From positions 117,763 to 181,762 of IMG/VR virus record IMGVR_UViG_3300027710_000010: a stretch of DNA of 64,000 nt. One strand, written 5' to 3'. The translations under genes and the position numbers were made by a program. Shown here piece by piece: positions 1 through 8,958 of the stretch. The notes under the pieces are model-generated. The model did no database searches. It was not told where the DNA came from and was given only the letters and a program-made list of their open reading frames with translations. This DNA is from a virus (taxonomy: Duplodnaviria; Heunggongvirae; Uroviricota; Caudoviricetes). Every line of letters begins with the position of its first letter. Within the stretch, counting starts at the first letter, position 1.

Positions 1-680
1 TCAGCAAATTCAAAACTAATCGCTTGCTCAGCAGATTGTCCAATTACAGCTTGGGGTGCTTTTAAATTAACAGATATCACTCCATTTACCGCAGTAGCAG
101 TTTCAACTTGTCCAGTTTCGGGATTAGTATAAGTTACTGGTCCATCTGGAACCCCAGTAATTGTAACAGTGTAGGCTTCTCCAGGTCCTGGATTGGGCGG
201 AACTCTTGTTGTTGTGCCAACATTTGGAATGCCGCCGCCAATAGTAACAAAGCTGGCACCTCCGGTTGATCCTGTATAAACGGTGTCGCTGCCATTAACA
301 AGTAATCCAGTAGACCCGTTAGCGAATACACTAGATGCTCCAGAAATAATAGCATGACTAAAATGACCATCTGAATCATATAAATCGCCAACACGGCCAA
401 CTGGCCTGTTGTTAGCAAAAACATTGGCACTGTATGTACTTAATGCAGGGGCATGATTTACTGGACGACTTACACAAGGAACACCATCTGGATGACTAAT
501 CATAGTATCGTTTTGTCGAACTATTCCGATATTTTCTATGAACACATCGGAACTACCTTCATCGCTTGATTGGGTAGTTCCTGAATTCCAATTCCATCTG
601 CCTGTAGCGCATGAAGATCCACGTGCTCCATCTGTAGCACGTACTAAACTTGCCCCACTTTTTTTGGCAACGACTGGCAT
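1..680 (-). CDS. PAAR-repeat spike-tip protein with C-terminal extension (partial, runs off window start)
   Basis: Read by hand from ATG at 680: MPVVAKKSGASLVRATDG...GSSDVFIENIGIVRQND...HAPALSTYSANVFANNRPVGRVGD...GASSVFANG. These are PAAR/gp5.4-type motifs. The ORF is absent from the track because it has no stop inside the window. Confidence 0.8.
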   Translation of the reverse strand, partial: MPVVAKKSGASLVRATDGARGSSCATGRWNWNSGTTQSSDEGSSDVFIENIGIVRQNDTMISHPDGVPCVSRPVNHAPALSTYSANVFANNRPVGRVGDLYDSDGHFSHAIISGASSVFANGSTGLLVNGSDTVYTGSTGGASFVTIGGGIPNVGTTTRVPPNPGPGEAYTVTITGVPDGPVTYTNPETGQVETATAVNGVISVNLKAPQAVIGQSAEQAISFEFA

Positions 681-682
681 AA

Positions 683-973
683 TTATCTTAGCGCAATGCC
701 TGTAGTTGTTTGGATGAATTGATCAGCAAATGCTTTGTCAGTTGCTTCTGCTACAGTTACAGTTACTTTTGATAGTTTAATATCCTTATCCGGATGTACT
801 GTAAACAAGTAAGGCATTAGTCCAGGACCTTGCTGACCCATGCCAATAACCATCGGACGGTTTAATTTATAATAGGATGGGCCGTCCTCTACTAACTTGG
901 CAACGATTTCTTCGCCGCTTGTTAGTTTAAATGTTACTACTTCGCCTTCGCATACGCCTTTATCAATTAACAT
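683..973 (-). CDS. conserved phage hypothetical protein (Sm-like beta fold)
   Basis: VVTFKLTSGEEIVAKL motif, typical of small T4-like phage proteins; lies in operon. Confidence 0.6.
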   Translation of the reverse strand: MLIDKGVCEGEVVTFKLTSGEEIVAKLVEDGPSYYKLNRPMVIGMGQQGPGLMPYLFTVHPDKDIKLSKVTVTVAEATDKAFADQFIQTTTGIALR

Positions 974-1205
974 CTTGTTTTTCCTTTTTTAAGTGTTCGT
1001 TGAGTTCATGGAACCCGCCAATTAATTTATCATCTAAAAATATTTGAGGTACTGTTCTTGCATTTGGAACAGACTCTAATAATTCTTCTTTTGTATAACC
1101 ATCACCAATCTTACGTTCTTCAAATGGTATATTTTTAAATTTTAATAATGCCTTTGCTTGTTCACAATAAGGACAGTTATACTTACTCCATACGATTGCT
1201 TTCAT
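963..1205 (-). CDS. grx: glutaredoxin
   Basis: True start MKAIVWSKYNCPYCEQAK; CPYC active site and TVPQIF motif; directly downstream of nrdB. Confidence 0.95.
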   Translation of the reverse strand: MKAIVWSKYNCPYCEQAKALLKFKNIPFEERKIGDGYTKEELLESVPNARTVPQIFLDDKLIGGFHELNEHLKKEKQDVN

Positions 1206-1215
1206 TTTTCTTCCT

Positions 1216-2316
1216 TTAAATCTGCGGCAACTCATCGTAGTTAAGTTGCTCGCCCATAACACCAATAACATAATTAGTGCTTTCGCTTTCCTGTAATGCT
1301 GTTTGTTTCTTGCTAGTATCGCTGTGCTTGTTGAACCAAGGTATAGGTGTTGACTTTGGAGCAGGGTTGTTGTACTTAATACCAATTTGTTTCAAGGCGT
1401 CCACTGCTGTGTAATCCACAAAGTCTTTTAGGATGTTTGCATTAAGACCGATCACAGGTCCCATTTTGAACAAGTAGTCTGCCCAATCCTTTTCTTCACG
1501 GATAACATCCATGTATAGTTGATATACTTCTTGTTCGCACTCTGCTTTGACTTCAGCAAAACGACTGTCATCCTTGACCACTTGATTGATCAAGTATGCT
1601 GTCCAGCCTTTATGCAACAACTCGTCTTGTAAGATCAAACTGATAATGTTGCCATTACCAATAAAGATTTTATTCTCTACCATTGCTAAACTTGTAGCAA
1701 AGCTAACCATAAAGCGGAATGCCTCTAATGCGTACGAAGCGTGTAGTGCTAGATAGATTGCTTTAATGTGTTCCTTCTCTGGAACAGCATCGCCTGTTTC
1801 TTTACGGCAGTTGATCACATGAAGTTTATCGTAGTAGTCGCCTACACTACTAGCCATGTCAACAATCTCTTGAGTTTCGTGGATAGTGTTAAACACTTCT
1901 TTGGGCACGTTGTAGATGTTACGGATGATGTGACTATAACTACGACTATGTATGTTTGTTTCAAAGAATGTCCAGTTGTAGATTAGAGCTTCTAACTCTG
2001 GCAAACTACAAACAGGTGTGAACACTTGACTAGGAGCACGACCTTGTAAACTATCCAATGCTGTTTGGCGTAGTAAGTTGCTGGTAAAGATATGTTTGAC
2101 CGCATCACTAGCGTCCTTAAAGTCGTTTGCATCCTTGCTTAGACTAATCTCTTCTGGAACCCAAAAGAATCCACGTGCAGTAGTTTCGAAGTCTGCAATC
2201 TTCTTGTACTTTACTTCTTCAAAACGTTGGATAGTAACTGGACCCGCTGGATCTAGAAACATCTTACGGTTCAAGTAATCTGTCTTTGTGCTTAAATTAT
2301 ATTGCGCTTTGCTCAT
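1216..2316 (-). CDS. nrdB: ribonucleotide reductase class Ia beta subunit
   Basis: FFWVPEEI, ETNIHSRSY (radical Tyr), ALEAFRF and DELLH di-iron motifs. Confidence 0.97.
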   Translation of the reverse strand: MSKAQYNLSTKTDYLNRKMFLDPAGPVTIQRFEEVKYKKIADFETTARGFFWVPEEISLSKDANDFKDASDAVKHIFTSNLLRQTALDSLQGRAPSQVFTPVCSLPELEALIYNWTFFETNIHSRSYSHIIRNIYNVPKEVFNTIHETQEIVDMASSVGDYYDKLHVINCRKETGDAVPEKEHIKAIYLALHASYALEAFRFMVSFATSLAMVENKIFIGNGNIISLILQDELLHKGWTAYLINQVVKDDSRFAEVKAECEQEVYQLYMDVIREEKDWADYLFKMGPVIGLNANILKDFVDYTAVDALKQIGIKYNNPAPKSTPIPWFNKHSDTSKKQTALQESESTNYVIGVMGEQLNYDELPQI

Positions 2317-2851
2317 TTATGTGTTCCCAATTTATTATTTTCCATTGATTCTCTAAGTACGATTTTTTATCTTGTTGATAGTCTAATGCCCACGCATGTT
2401 CCCACCAATCTATTAACAGTACTATGTCTTTTTTAATTTCGTGATTAGTGATAGTTTTGATCTTTCCACTCTTAGAAAGATACACCCACCCGCTACCTTG
2501 AATACCCATTGCTACTTTTTCAAATTCGTCTTTGAACTTATCAAATGTCTTGTAGTGTGTTTCAATTAATTCTAGTACTTTGCCTACAGGCTTATTCGAA
2601 CTACCTGTTGACTCTTGATATTGTTGGAATAGTATGTTGTGTAAAAATACGCCTGCTTCATTAAACACCGGATCGCCTTCACCTGCATTAAATCTCTTTG
2701 CGTATGTTTTTGCAAGATTGCTGTAATGATATTCCAATGTTGCTTTTGAAATTGCAGGAGCCAAGTCGTTCATATCATAAGGTAACGCATCTATCGATAA
2801 TGATGCTTGTCTTCCCTCAGTGATAAACTGTTTGATAAAACTATAACTCAT
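2297..2851 (-). CDS. sod: Fe/Mn superoxide dismutase
   Basis: LPY..DLAPAIS, TLEYHY, FLHN, GSGWVYL and DWWEHAW motifs; all four metal ligands present. Confidence 0.92.
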   Translation of the reverse strand: MSYSFIKQFITEGRQASLSIDALPYDMNDLAPAISKATLEYHYSNLAKTYAKRFNAGEGDPVFNEAGVFLHNILFQQYQESTGSSNKPVGKVLELIETHYKTFDKFKDEFEKVAMGIQGSGWVYLSKSGKIKTITNHEIKKDIVLLIDWWEHAWALDYQQDKKSYLENQWKIINWEHINEQSAI

Positions 2852-3168
2852 ATTCTAAAACTTTCCCCACAACCACAACGATCCTTTTCATTGGGATTGT
2901 TAAATTCAAATCCTTCGTTAAGTCCATTGCGAACATAGTCTATTTGCATGCCAGTAAGATATACACTGCTTTTTGGATCTACAAATAGTTTACACTCGTT
3001 GTATTCAATACATACATCTTCTGGTTGTGGATCATCTACGTATTCTAACACATAAGCAAACCCAGAGCAACCAGTTGTCTTAACACCAACACGGATGCCT
3101 GCACCTCGGCCTCGACCAAGTAGCATCTGGGTTACTTTGTTAGATGCTCGATCAGTTAAGTGTACCAT
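2848..3168 (-). CDS. iscA: Fe-S cluster assembly accessory protein IscA
   Basis: GVKTTGCSGFAY and RCGCGESF motifs. Confidence 0.96.
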   Translation of the reverse strand: MVHLTDRASNKVTQMLLGRGRGAGIRVGVKTTGCSGFAYVLEYVDDPQPEDVCIEYNECKLFVDPKSSVYLTGMQIDYVRNGLNEGFEFNNPNEKDRCGCGESFRI

Positions 3169-3544
3169 GTCTACTCTTGTAGTCTGCTACTGCGGCTTTG
3201 ATAGCATCTTCTGCTAGGATACTGCAATGTATCTTTACTGGCGGCAAGGCTAGCTCTTCGGCGATTTGGGAGTTTTTGATTGCTCCGGCTTCGTCAAGGG
3301 TTTTGCCTTTGACCCACTCGGTGACAAGGCTCGAACTTGCGATAGCCGATCCGCAGCCATACGTTTTAAATTTCGCATCTGTAATAAGACCTGTATCATT
3401 ATCTACCTTTATCTGTAATTTCATAACATCACCACAGGCCGGTGCGCCCACCATGCCAGTACCTACAGAGTCGTCACCCTTATCAAAGGAGCCAACGTTG
3501 CGGGGGTTTTCGTAGTGGTCAATAACTTTAGATGAATAGCTCAT
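3152..3544 (-). CDS. iscU: Fe-S cluster scaffold IscU
   Basis: HYENPRNVG, GAPACGDVM, FKTYGCGSAIASSS and LPPVKIHCSILAEDAI motifs. Confidence 0.98.
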   Translation of the reverse strand: MSYSSKVIDHYENPRNVGSFDKGDDSVGTGMVGAPACGDVMKLQIKVDNDTGLITDAKFKTYGCGSAIASSSLVTEWVKGKTLDEAGAIKNSQIAEELALPPVKIHCSILAEDAIKAAVADYKSRHGTLN

Positions 3545-5886
3545 AATTTACATGCCTCGCAGTCATCTTCTAATTCTTCGTATTGGTGGCCATTGACCTG
3601 AACTCCGTTAACTTGAGTTTGTTCTGGAGTAGGTTCGCCAGCTGCCTTGCTGCCTGCTTTGTTAATCAAACTGTAGTAGAATGTTTTTAATCCCCACATA
3701 TGTGCTTGCATCAAATTCTTAGCAATCAATGTAGTAGGAACTTTACGTCCTTCAAAGTGTGTAGGATTGTAGAACGTGTTTGTACTGATACTTTGATCAA
3801 CATAGGCTGCGATAACTGCCGCAGTCTTTAAGTAACCTGTGCAGTCTTTTTGTTCCCACATTAGTTGATATTTGTTTTTGAGCTTTGCATACTCAGGAAC
3901 AACTTGTGTAAAGCTGCCTGCTTTACTTTCCTTAGTTGAGATGAGCGACATAGGCATTTCAATTCCGTTAGTCGAGTTGATAACAACACTACTGGATTCG
4001 ACAGGAGCAACAGCCATTTGTGTAGCATTACGAACTCCGTATTCTTTCATCTGTGTACGCAGTGTTTCCCAGTCTAGTTCAGGAGTAAAGTCTGCTAGTT
4101 CGTTAACACCGTTAGCACGTAGTTCCCACGGGAATATACCTTTGCCGTAACGGGTATGATCCGACCCCAAACACTTACCGCGCTCTTTGGCTAGCTCAAC
4201 ACTTGCTTCAGTAAGATAGAAGCTTTGATGTTCCATCCAAGATTTAACTTCACGTAGTGCATCTTTCTCACCGTATAACATACTACGTTTGGCATGCCAG
4301 TAGGCTAAGTTAGTAATACCAATGCCTAATGGACGAATTTCGTCGTTGCTTAACTTCGACTGAATTGATAAGAAATCTTGATAGTCCAATATATTATTGA
4401 GGCTTCTATGTAGAATGCGACAAGCCCGGCGCATATCTTCAGGATTACGGAAGGCTCCCCAATTAATTGAACCAAGAGTGCATAAAGCGATACGGCCATC
4501 AGCATCATCGAGACGCTTAAAAGACTTAGTAGGTAAAAGTATTTCACAGCAAAGGTTACTCTGGTAAATGGTATGGTACTCTGGGTCGAACGGACCCTGG
4601 TTCATGACATTGTCAATGAACACTAGATAGATACGCCCTGTATCAGTGCGCTCTTTCAGTATGCCCGACTTGAATACTTCTTCAGCGGACATGGTCTTCT
4701 TGCGAAGGCCTTTTTGTTTTTCATACTTAACATACAACTCTTCAAACTTAGCAGTGTCTTTGTAAAATGCTTCGTACAAGTCTGGTACTTCGTTGGGATC
4801 AAAGAATGTTATGTCTTCTTTGTTTTTAAATCGTCTCCAGAAGAAAGCACTAAGCACAACCCCATAATCCATATGACGGACTCGGGTTTCTTCTGTTCCT
4901 TGGTTGTTCTTAAGGACAATAAGATCATCAAACTGATGATGCCAAATAGGATAAAAAACAGTAGCACTTGCATTACGAATACCTCCCTGACTGCAACTAC
5001 GTAGGTCACCGAACCATTTCTTTAGGAATGGTATCATACCTGTATGCATAATCTCACCGCCTCGGATGGGACTGCCTAATGGACGTAAGCGTCCGATTTC
5101 CAAACCAATGCCAGCACGTTTGCTGGCATACTTGGCCATCATCTCACCAGAAGCAAATATGCTATCCAAATCGTCGTCACTGCGGATAAGCACACAACTA
5201 GAAAACTGCTTAGTAGGAGTGCCAAGCCCAGCCAACACAGGTGTAGCAAGAGTAAACAGACCATCGGATGCCGCCTGATAGTATTCTTTAATGTAACGCA
5301 TCCTTGCACTGTTGGGTTCTTCTTTATGGAAGACTGTAGCCGCTGCCACCATATATCTAATCTGTGGAGTTTCATAAATTTCCTTTGTCGCACGATTGCG
5401 TACCAAATACTTCTCTATCAACTGCTCGATAGCCGCATAGCTATATTCTTCATCTTTTTCATGCTCTAGCATGTCATTCATACGGTTCCAGTCGTCTTCG
5501 CTATACCATTGCAATAGCTCTGGAGTATACAATCCCACTTCAATATTCTTTTTAACAATATCGTATAAGTGCGGCGGATTGTAATCACCATACACATCTT
5601 TGCGTAGCATACTCAAACGCTGTTTGCCCGCTACGTGTTGGTAGTTAGTGTGTCCGACATCTGGGTTATGTTCCACATCAATTAAGTCAACGATGGCACG
5701 TAATGTAATTTCGTCAATCTCTTTTGTTGTAATGCCGTCGTAAAAGTGTGGTTGGGCTTTGATCTCAATCATTGACTGACTAACATCAGCAATTCCCTTG
5801 CATACTTTCGCAACCTGCGTTTGCCATTTTTCTAATGTTAGCGGTTCTCTTTCACCGCTTCGTTTAGTTACTATGATTTTTGTCAT
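3541..5886 (-). CDS. nrdA: ribonucleotide reductase class Ia alpha subunit
   Basis: N-terminal ATP cone; SSCVL, QSNLCCEI and ALCTLGS motifs; C-terminal CEACKL; no intein. Confidence 0.98.
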   Translation of the reverse strand: MTKIIVTKRSGEREPLTLEKWQTQVAKVCKGIADVSQSMIEIKAQPHFYDGITTKEIDEITLRAIVDLIDVEHNPDVGHTNYQHVAGKQRLSMLRKDVYGDYNPPHLYDIVKKNIEVGLYTPELLQWYSEDDWNRMNDMLEHEKDEEYSYAAIEQLIEKYLVRNRATKEIYETPQIRYMVAAATVFHKEEPNSARMRYIKEYYQAASDGLFTLATPVLAGLGTPTKQFSSCVLIRSDDDLDSIFASGEMMAKYASKRAGIGLEIGRLRPLGSPIRGGEIMHTGMIPFLKKWFGDLRSCSQGGIRNASATVFYPIWHHQFDDLIVLKNNQGTEETRVRHMDYGVVLSAFFWRRFKNKEDITFFDPNEVPDLYEAFYKDTAKFEELYVKYEKQKGLRKKTMSAEEVFKSGILKERTDTGRIYLVFIDNVMNQGPFDPEYHTIYQSNLCCEILLPTKSFKRLDDADGRIALCTLGSINWGAFRNPEDMRRACRILHRSLNNILDYQDFLSIQSKLSNDEIRPLGIGITNLAYWHAKRSMLYGEKDALREVKSWMEHQSFYLTEASVELAKERGKCLGSDHTRYGKGIFPWELRANGVNELADFTPELDWETLRTQMKEYGVRNATQMAVAPVESSSVVINSTNGIEMPMSLISTKESKAGSFTQVVPEYAKLKNKYQLMWEQKDCTGYLKTAAVIAAYVDQSISTNTFYNPTHFEGRKVPTTLIAKNLMQAHMWGLKTFYYSLINKAGSKAAGEPTPEQTQVNGVQVNGHQYEELEDDCEACKL

Positions 5887-6051
5887 GTTATCTGCTGTTC
5901 TTCTTGTATTTTAATTAACGGTATCTTCAACTGTTTAGAAAGTATTTAGTGGCTACCAAGCTCCAACAAAATATTGTTGTTTCATAGTATTTTAGCGCGG
6001 TTATTGTAGTTTTTTTTGGTGGGTGTGATTCATATCTTCAGTGCTCAACAA

Positions 6052-6080
6052 ATAATATACTATTTTATTGTTGCTGTCAA
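6052..6080 (-). promoter_or_regulatory. sigma70-type promoter for the nrdA operon
   Basis: TTGACA-17 nt-TATTAT on minus strand; a TAAATA late box also lies at 5943-5948. Confidence 0.55.
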
Positions 6081-6092
6081 GGAAGTTGAGCA

Positions 6093-7865
6093 TTAACTCA
6101 ATGCTCTATATGTATACGATACTATGCCAACATCGTTTTCACTTTTGTTCTTATATTGAATAAGAACGCTGTCGTTTACAATTGAAGCTTTGAATTCTAA
6201 GTTGTCTTCTACAGTCAAGTCTATTGCTGTGCCAGAACCTGCACCCGGACTTGTAGCAATAAAGACTGTAACATCTTCTTCAAAGTTATTGTTTTCGGCA
6301 ATAGCGCCGACAGCCGCCCAATCAGTGCTACCTAGGGTAGCAATTCTATATCTGGTAGTAGGTTCAAAATATCCAGCATTAACAGTACCAGATGATCCTG
6401 TATACTCGTAGTCATCAGTCATCTGGATATTAGAATTTGTCTTGTCCACTGCGATAAGCATTTTGCCTTTACGCATTCTAATGTGACTTGTGCTTTGGTA
6501 CATGTACTCAATTTCGTATCCAGAAGTTTCAGACAACGGAAGTCTAAACAAGTTAGTGAACGACCCTACTTGACCAACTGCGACTTCGTTAGTAAATGCA
6601 TTGGTAAGTGATTTCTTGCCAATCACCTCACCGATGTATGGATACGCATAATTAGATGTAGCAAGATCGCCGCCTCTATCAAAAATGTCATGTACACTTG
6701 AATTACCAATGCTGTCATATTCAATGTGTCCATAAACTGCATTTGTGTTATCGGATCCATCATTACCAACATTAACAAATCTGTTTAAGCTACTCATGTT
6801 GCCACTGCCATTTGCAACTTTAATACCTTGTCTATTGATATCTTCAAATGTACTGTCAGTGATGCTATTGTTACGTGGACCAAACTGTTCACCAGTTGAT
6901 GTCATGTTTGCGTCTTGACCAAAACTTACACCCATATGCATTGTTTTATAACTGTTGCCGGCAAATGTGTTGTTTAAAATATCTTGTTTAGCATACACGC
7001 CGTATGTCAATCCAGACAAATTCATTCTATTAAATTGATTTGATTGGCTAGTTACTATTGAACTCAGTGCATACATTCCAATGCCGATGCTGTTAGACTG
7101 TACTGCACTAACAGTTGTCCACGCACCAGCAACACCAATGTCTTCAAATACGCTACTGCGAACAGCGTTCATTTTTAATCCAGTAACATTGTCTTCTGTA
7201 AGTAATAGTGTAAAGCCCCTCATCAGAATGTGCTTAGGCTGATTATTGAATGTACTGCTAGTTATTGTGCTAGGGTTTCCAATAGTAGAAGTATCGTTAA
7301 TGAATTCAAATGCTGAACCTGTACCAGTGTATTGAATTACCGTACGTCCTTGTCCAGCGCCAACGATACTAACATAACTAGGAATATAAATTGTATCACT
7401 AATTGTGTATATTCCAGGCGGTAGTTCTAATGTGTAACGTCCTTGATATAATCCAACAGTGGCTGGATTAAGATATAATTGATCGATAGCTCGTTGTACT
7501 GCTTGTGTGTCATCAGTGCTGCCGTCTTCACCTAATGCACCAAAGGCAGATACGCTGACACGTTCGTCCAAACGATCTTGAACACTTCTTAGTATGGGGT
7601 AATTGCTGTCTGGGCCAGTTTGAACAGTTGGGTCATTTTTCTTATATTGATATTGTTCTACTAAATCTAGAATACTATCATTAGTTGTTAAGATCTTGCT
7701 GTTACCAACAAACGGCGCACCTTCTGCAACACTGCCGTTACCAATGAACAATTCTTGTGAGTCGACAGCCCACGCAAGTTCACCACTGGCTAATTGTGGA
7801 AGCCCAGTACCTGTATTTTTTTGCCCTCTTCGGACTTGTATTCTCGAAATTTGAACAACAGCCAT
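6093..7865 (-). CDS. tail fibre/baseplate-associated protein with pectate-lyase-like beta-helix
   Basis: MAVVQISRIQVRRG head, LASGELAW, VSVSAFGALG..TDDTQAVQRAID, LELPPGIY; TAAATA box at 7886-7891. Confidence 0.75.
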   Translation of the reverse strand: MAVVQISRIQVRRGQKNTGTGLPQLASGELAWAVDSQELFIGNGSVAEGAPFVGNSKILTTNDSILDLVEQYQYKKNDPTVQTGPDSNYPILRSVQDRLDERVSVSAFGALGEDGSTDDTQAVQRAIDQLYLNPATVGLYQGRYTLELPPGIYTISDTIYIPSYVSIVGAGQGRTVIQYTGTGSAFEFINDTSTIGNPSTITSSTFNNQPKHILMRGFTLLLTEDNVTGLKMNAVRSSVFEDIGVAGAWTTVSAVQSNSIGIGMYALSSIVTSQSNQFNRMNLSGLTYGVYAKQDILNNTFAGNSYKTMHMGVSFGQDANMTSTGEQFGPRNNSITDSTFEDINRQGIKVANGSGNMSSLNRFVNVGNDGSDNTNAVYGHIEYDSIGNSSVHDIFDRGGDLATSNYAYPYIGEVIGKKSLTNAFTNEVAVGQVGSFTNLFRLPLSETSGYEIEYMYQSTSHIRMRKGKMLIAVDKTNSNIQMTDDYEYTGSSGTVNAGYFEPTTRYRIATLGSTDWAAVGAIAENNNFEEDVTVFIATSPGAGSGTAIDLTVEDNLEFKASIVNDSVLIQYKNKSENDVGIVSYTYRALS

Positions 7866-7888
7866 GAAAATATCCTCTTATGTGATAT

Positions 7889-8608
7889 TTAGCTGTTTTC
7901 TCGGTAGTACTGTTCTACACGGTCATACCATCTGTTAGTCCAGTAGTCAAATTCTGAGGGTTCTAATACGAATTCCTGATACTGTGGTTCTCCCCATGTT
8001 CCTGGGGCAATTTCATCAGGTTTAACGCACATTAGAATAACACCCTTACGTATGTTAGTCCCGTGTATCTCATTATGAGCACATGCGTATGCTGTTAATT
8101 GGATAAAGTAATCGTCGATGTACTCTCTCTTCTTGGGCTTGTTAGTTTGCTTAAAGTCCAAGATACTTTCATCACCTGCGTGTATACCTACACAGTCAGT
8201 AGTTCCCGCATATAATCCAGGAAAGTACAATGGCACTTCACTGCCCCACACTTCCTCAATTGATGGGAATCCACACTCAATCACTTTCTTAGCCATTACT
8301 AGGCTTTGTTGTGCATAGGGATTACTTACACTTTCACGTAACACATCACCTTTGATAAAGTTCTCTAAGAACGTGTGCATACGTGTGCCTCGATTGGCAG
8401 CTTCTGTTGTGATTTCAGTAGCCTTCTTATCGCCAACTGCTTTACGCCAATTGGCTAGTGCTATCCTACTTTCTGCTGGTTTGGTTTTATCTAATACTGT
8501 AGTAACGGAAGGAACCTTAAAGCCATCCGGACAAGCGTATAACCGCTTGCCCGTGCTTTCATCTCTTGTTAATTTGGTATAAGTGTATTTTGGGTTTAAT
8601 AGAGTCAT
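7889..8608 (-). CDS. PD-(D/E)XK exonuclease
   Basis: VPSVTTVL, GTRMH, YAGTTDCVG, ILDFKQ and QLTAYA motifs. Confidence 0.88.
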   Translation of the reverse strand: MTLLNPKYTYTKLTRDESTGKRLYACPDGFKVPSVTTVLDKTKPAESRIALANWRKAVGDKKATEITTEAANRGTRMHTFLENFIKGDVLRESVSNPYAQQSLVMAKKVIECGFPSIEEVWGSEVPLYFPGLYAGTTDCVGIHAGDESILDFKQTNKPKKREYIDDYFIQLTAYACAHNEIHGTNIRKGVILMCVKPDEIAPGTWGEPQYQEFVLEPSEFDYWTNRWYDRVEQYYRENS

Positions 8609-8615
8609 ATAGTCA

Positions 8616-8644
8616 AGTATACATTAAAACTTAACTAGTGTCAA
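8616..8644 (-). promoter_or_regulatory. sigma70-type promoter for the exonuclease (near-leaderless)
   Basis: TTGACA(8644-8639)-17 nt-TATACT(8621-8616); ATG 8 nt downstream. Confidence 0.75.
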
Positions 8645-8958
8645 CCCTGTCGTTTTGCCGTTGCTCTTTTGGCTGCTGATGATACTGTAGTATCTGTGCC
8701 GCCTCGAGTTTGCTGTGCTTCTGCTTCACGTGTGTTTAGCTTTACACCTTTTGGGTCAAAGCTACACAACTCCTTGAAAGCAGGATTTGCATCATAATAT
8801 GTTTTGAATGTATTTGCACTATCTATGCGTTGGCCTAATACGTTTTCGGTCTCGTTGCCTAAAGCGGCCCAACTGATAGTTTCTGGATTCTCTTCACTGT
8901 CGGCAGCATTTTTCTTTGCTGCCAACAGATCGTATAACGGGTCTCTAGCCTCAGTTAT
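8641..8958 (-). CDS. probable C-terminal extension of 8955..9884, reached by -1 frameshift or slippage
   Basis: Frame is open from the A10 run (ITEARDPLYDLLAAKKN...) with no ATG; only a TTG at 8925 lacking a nearby RBS. Confidence 0.6.
   Translation of the reverse strand: MTEARDPLYDLLAAKKNAADSEENPETISWAALGNETENVLGQRIDSANTFKTYYDANPAFKELCSFDPKGVKLNTREAEAQQTRGGTDTTVSSAAKRATAKRQG

Noticed and set aside
134-430. 98-aa ORF from the track
   Set aside because: Shadow of the PAAR-like gene in another minus-strand frame (680 to window edge).
1216-5886. Intron or intein in nrdA or nrdB
   Set aside because: Both ORFs are continuous and of normal length.
7889-8608. Cas4 / CRISPR adaptation gene
   Set aside because: Lacks the four-Cys Fe-S motif and any cas context; it is an ordinary phage PD-(D/E)XK exonuclease.
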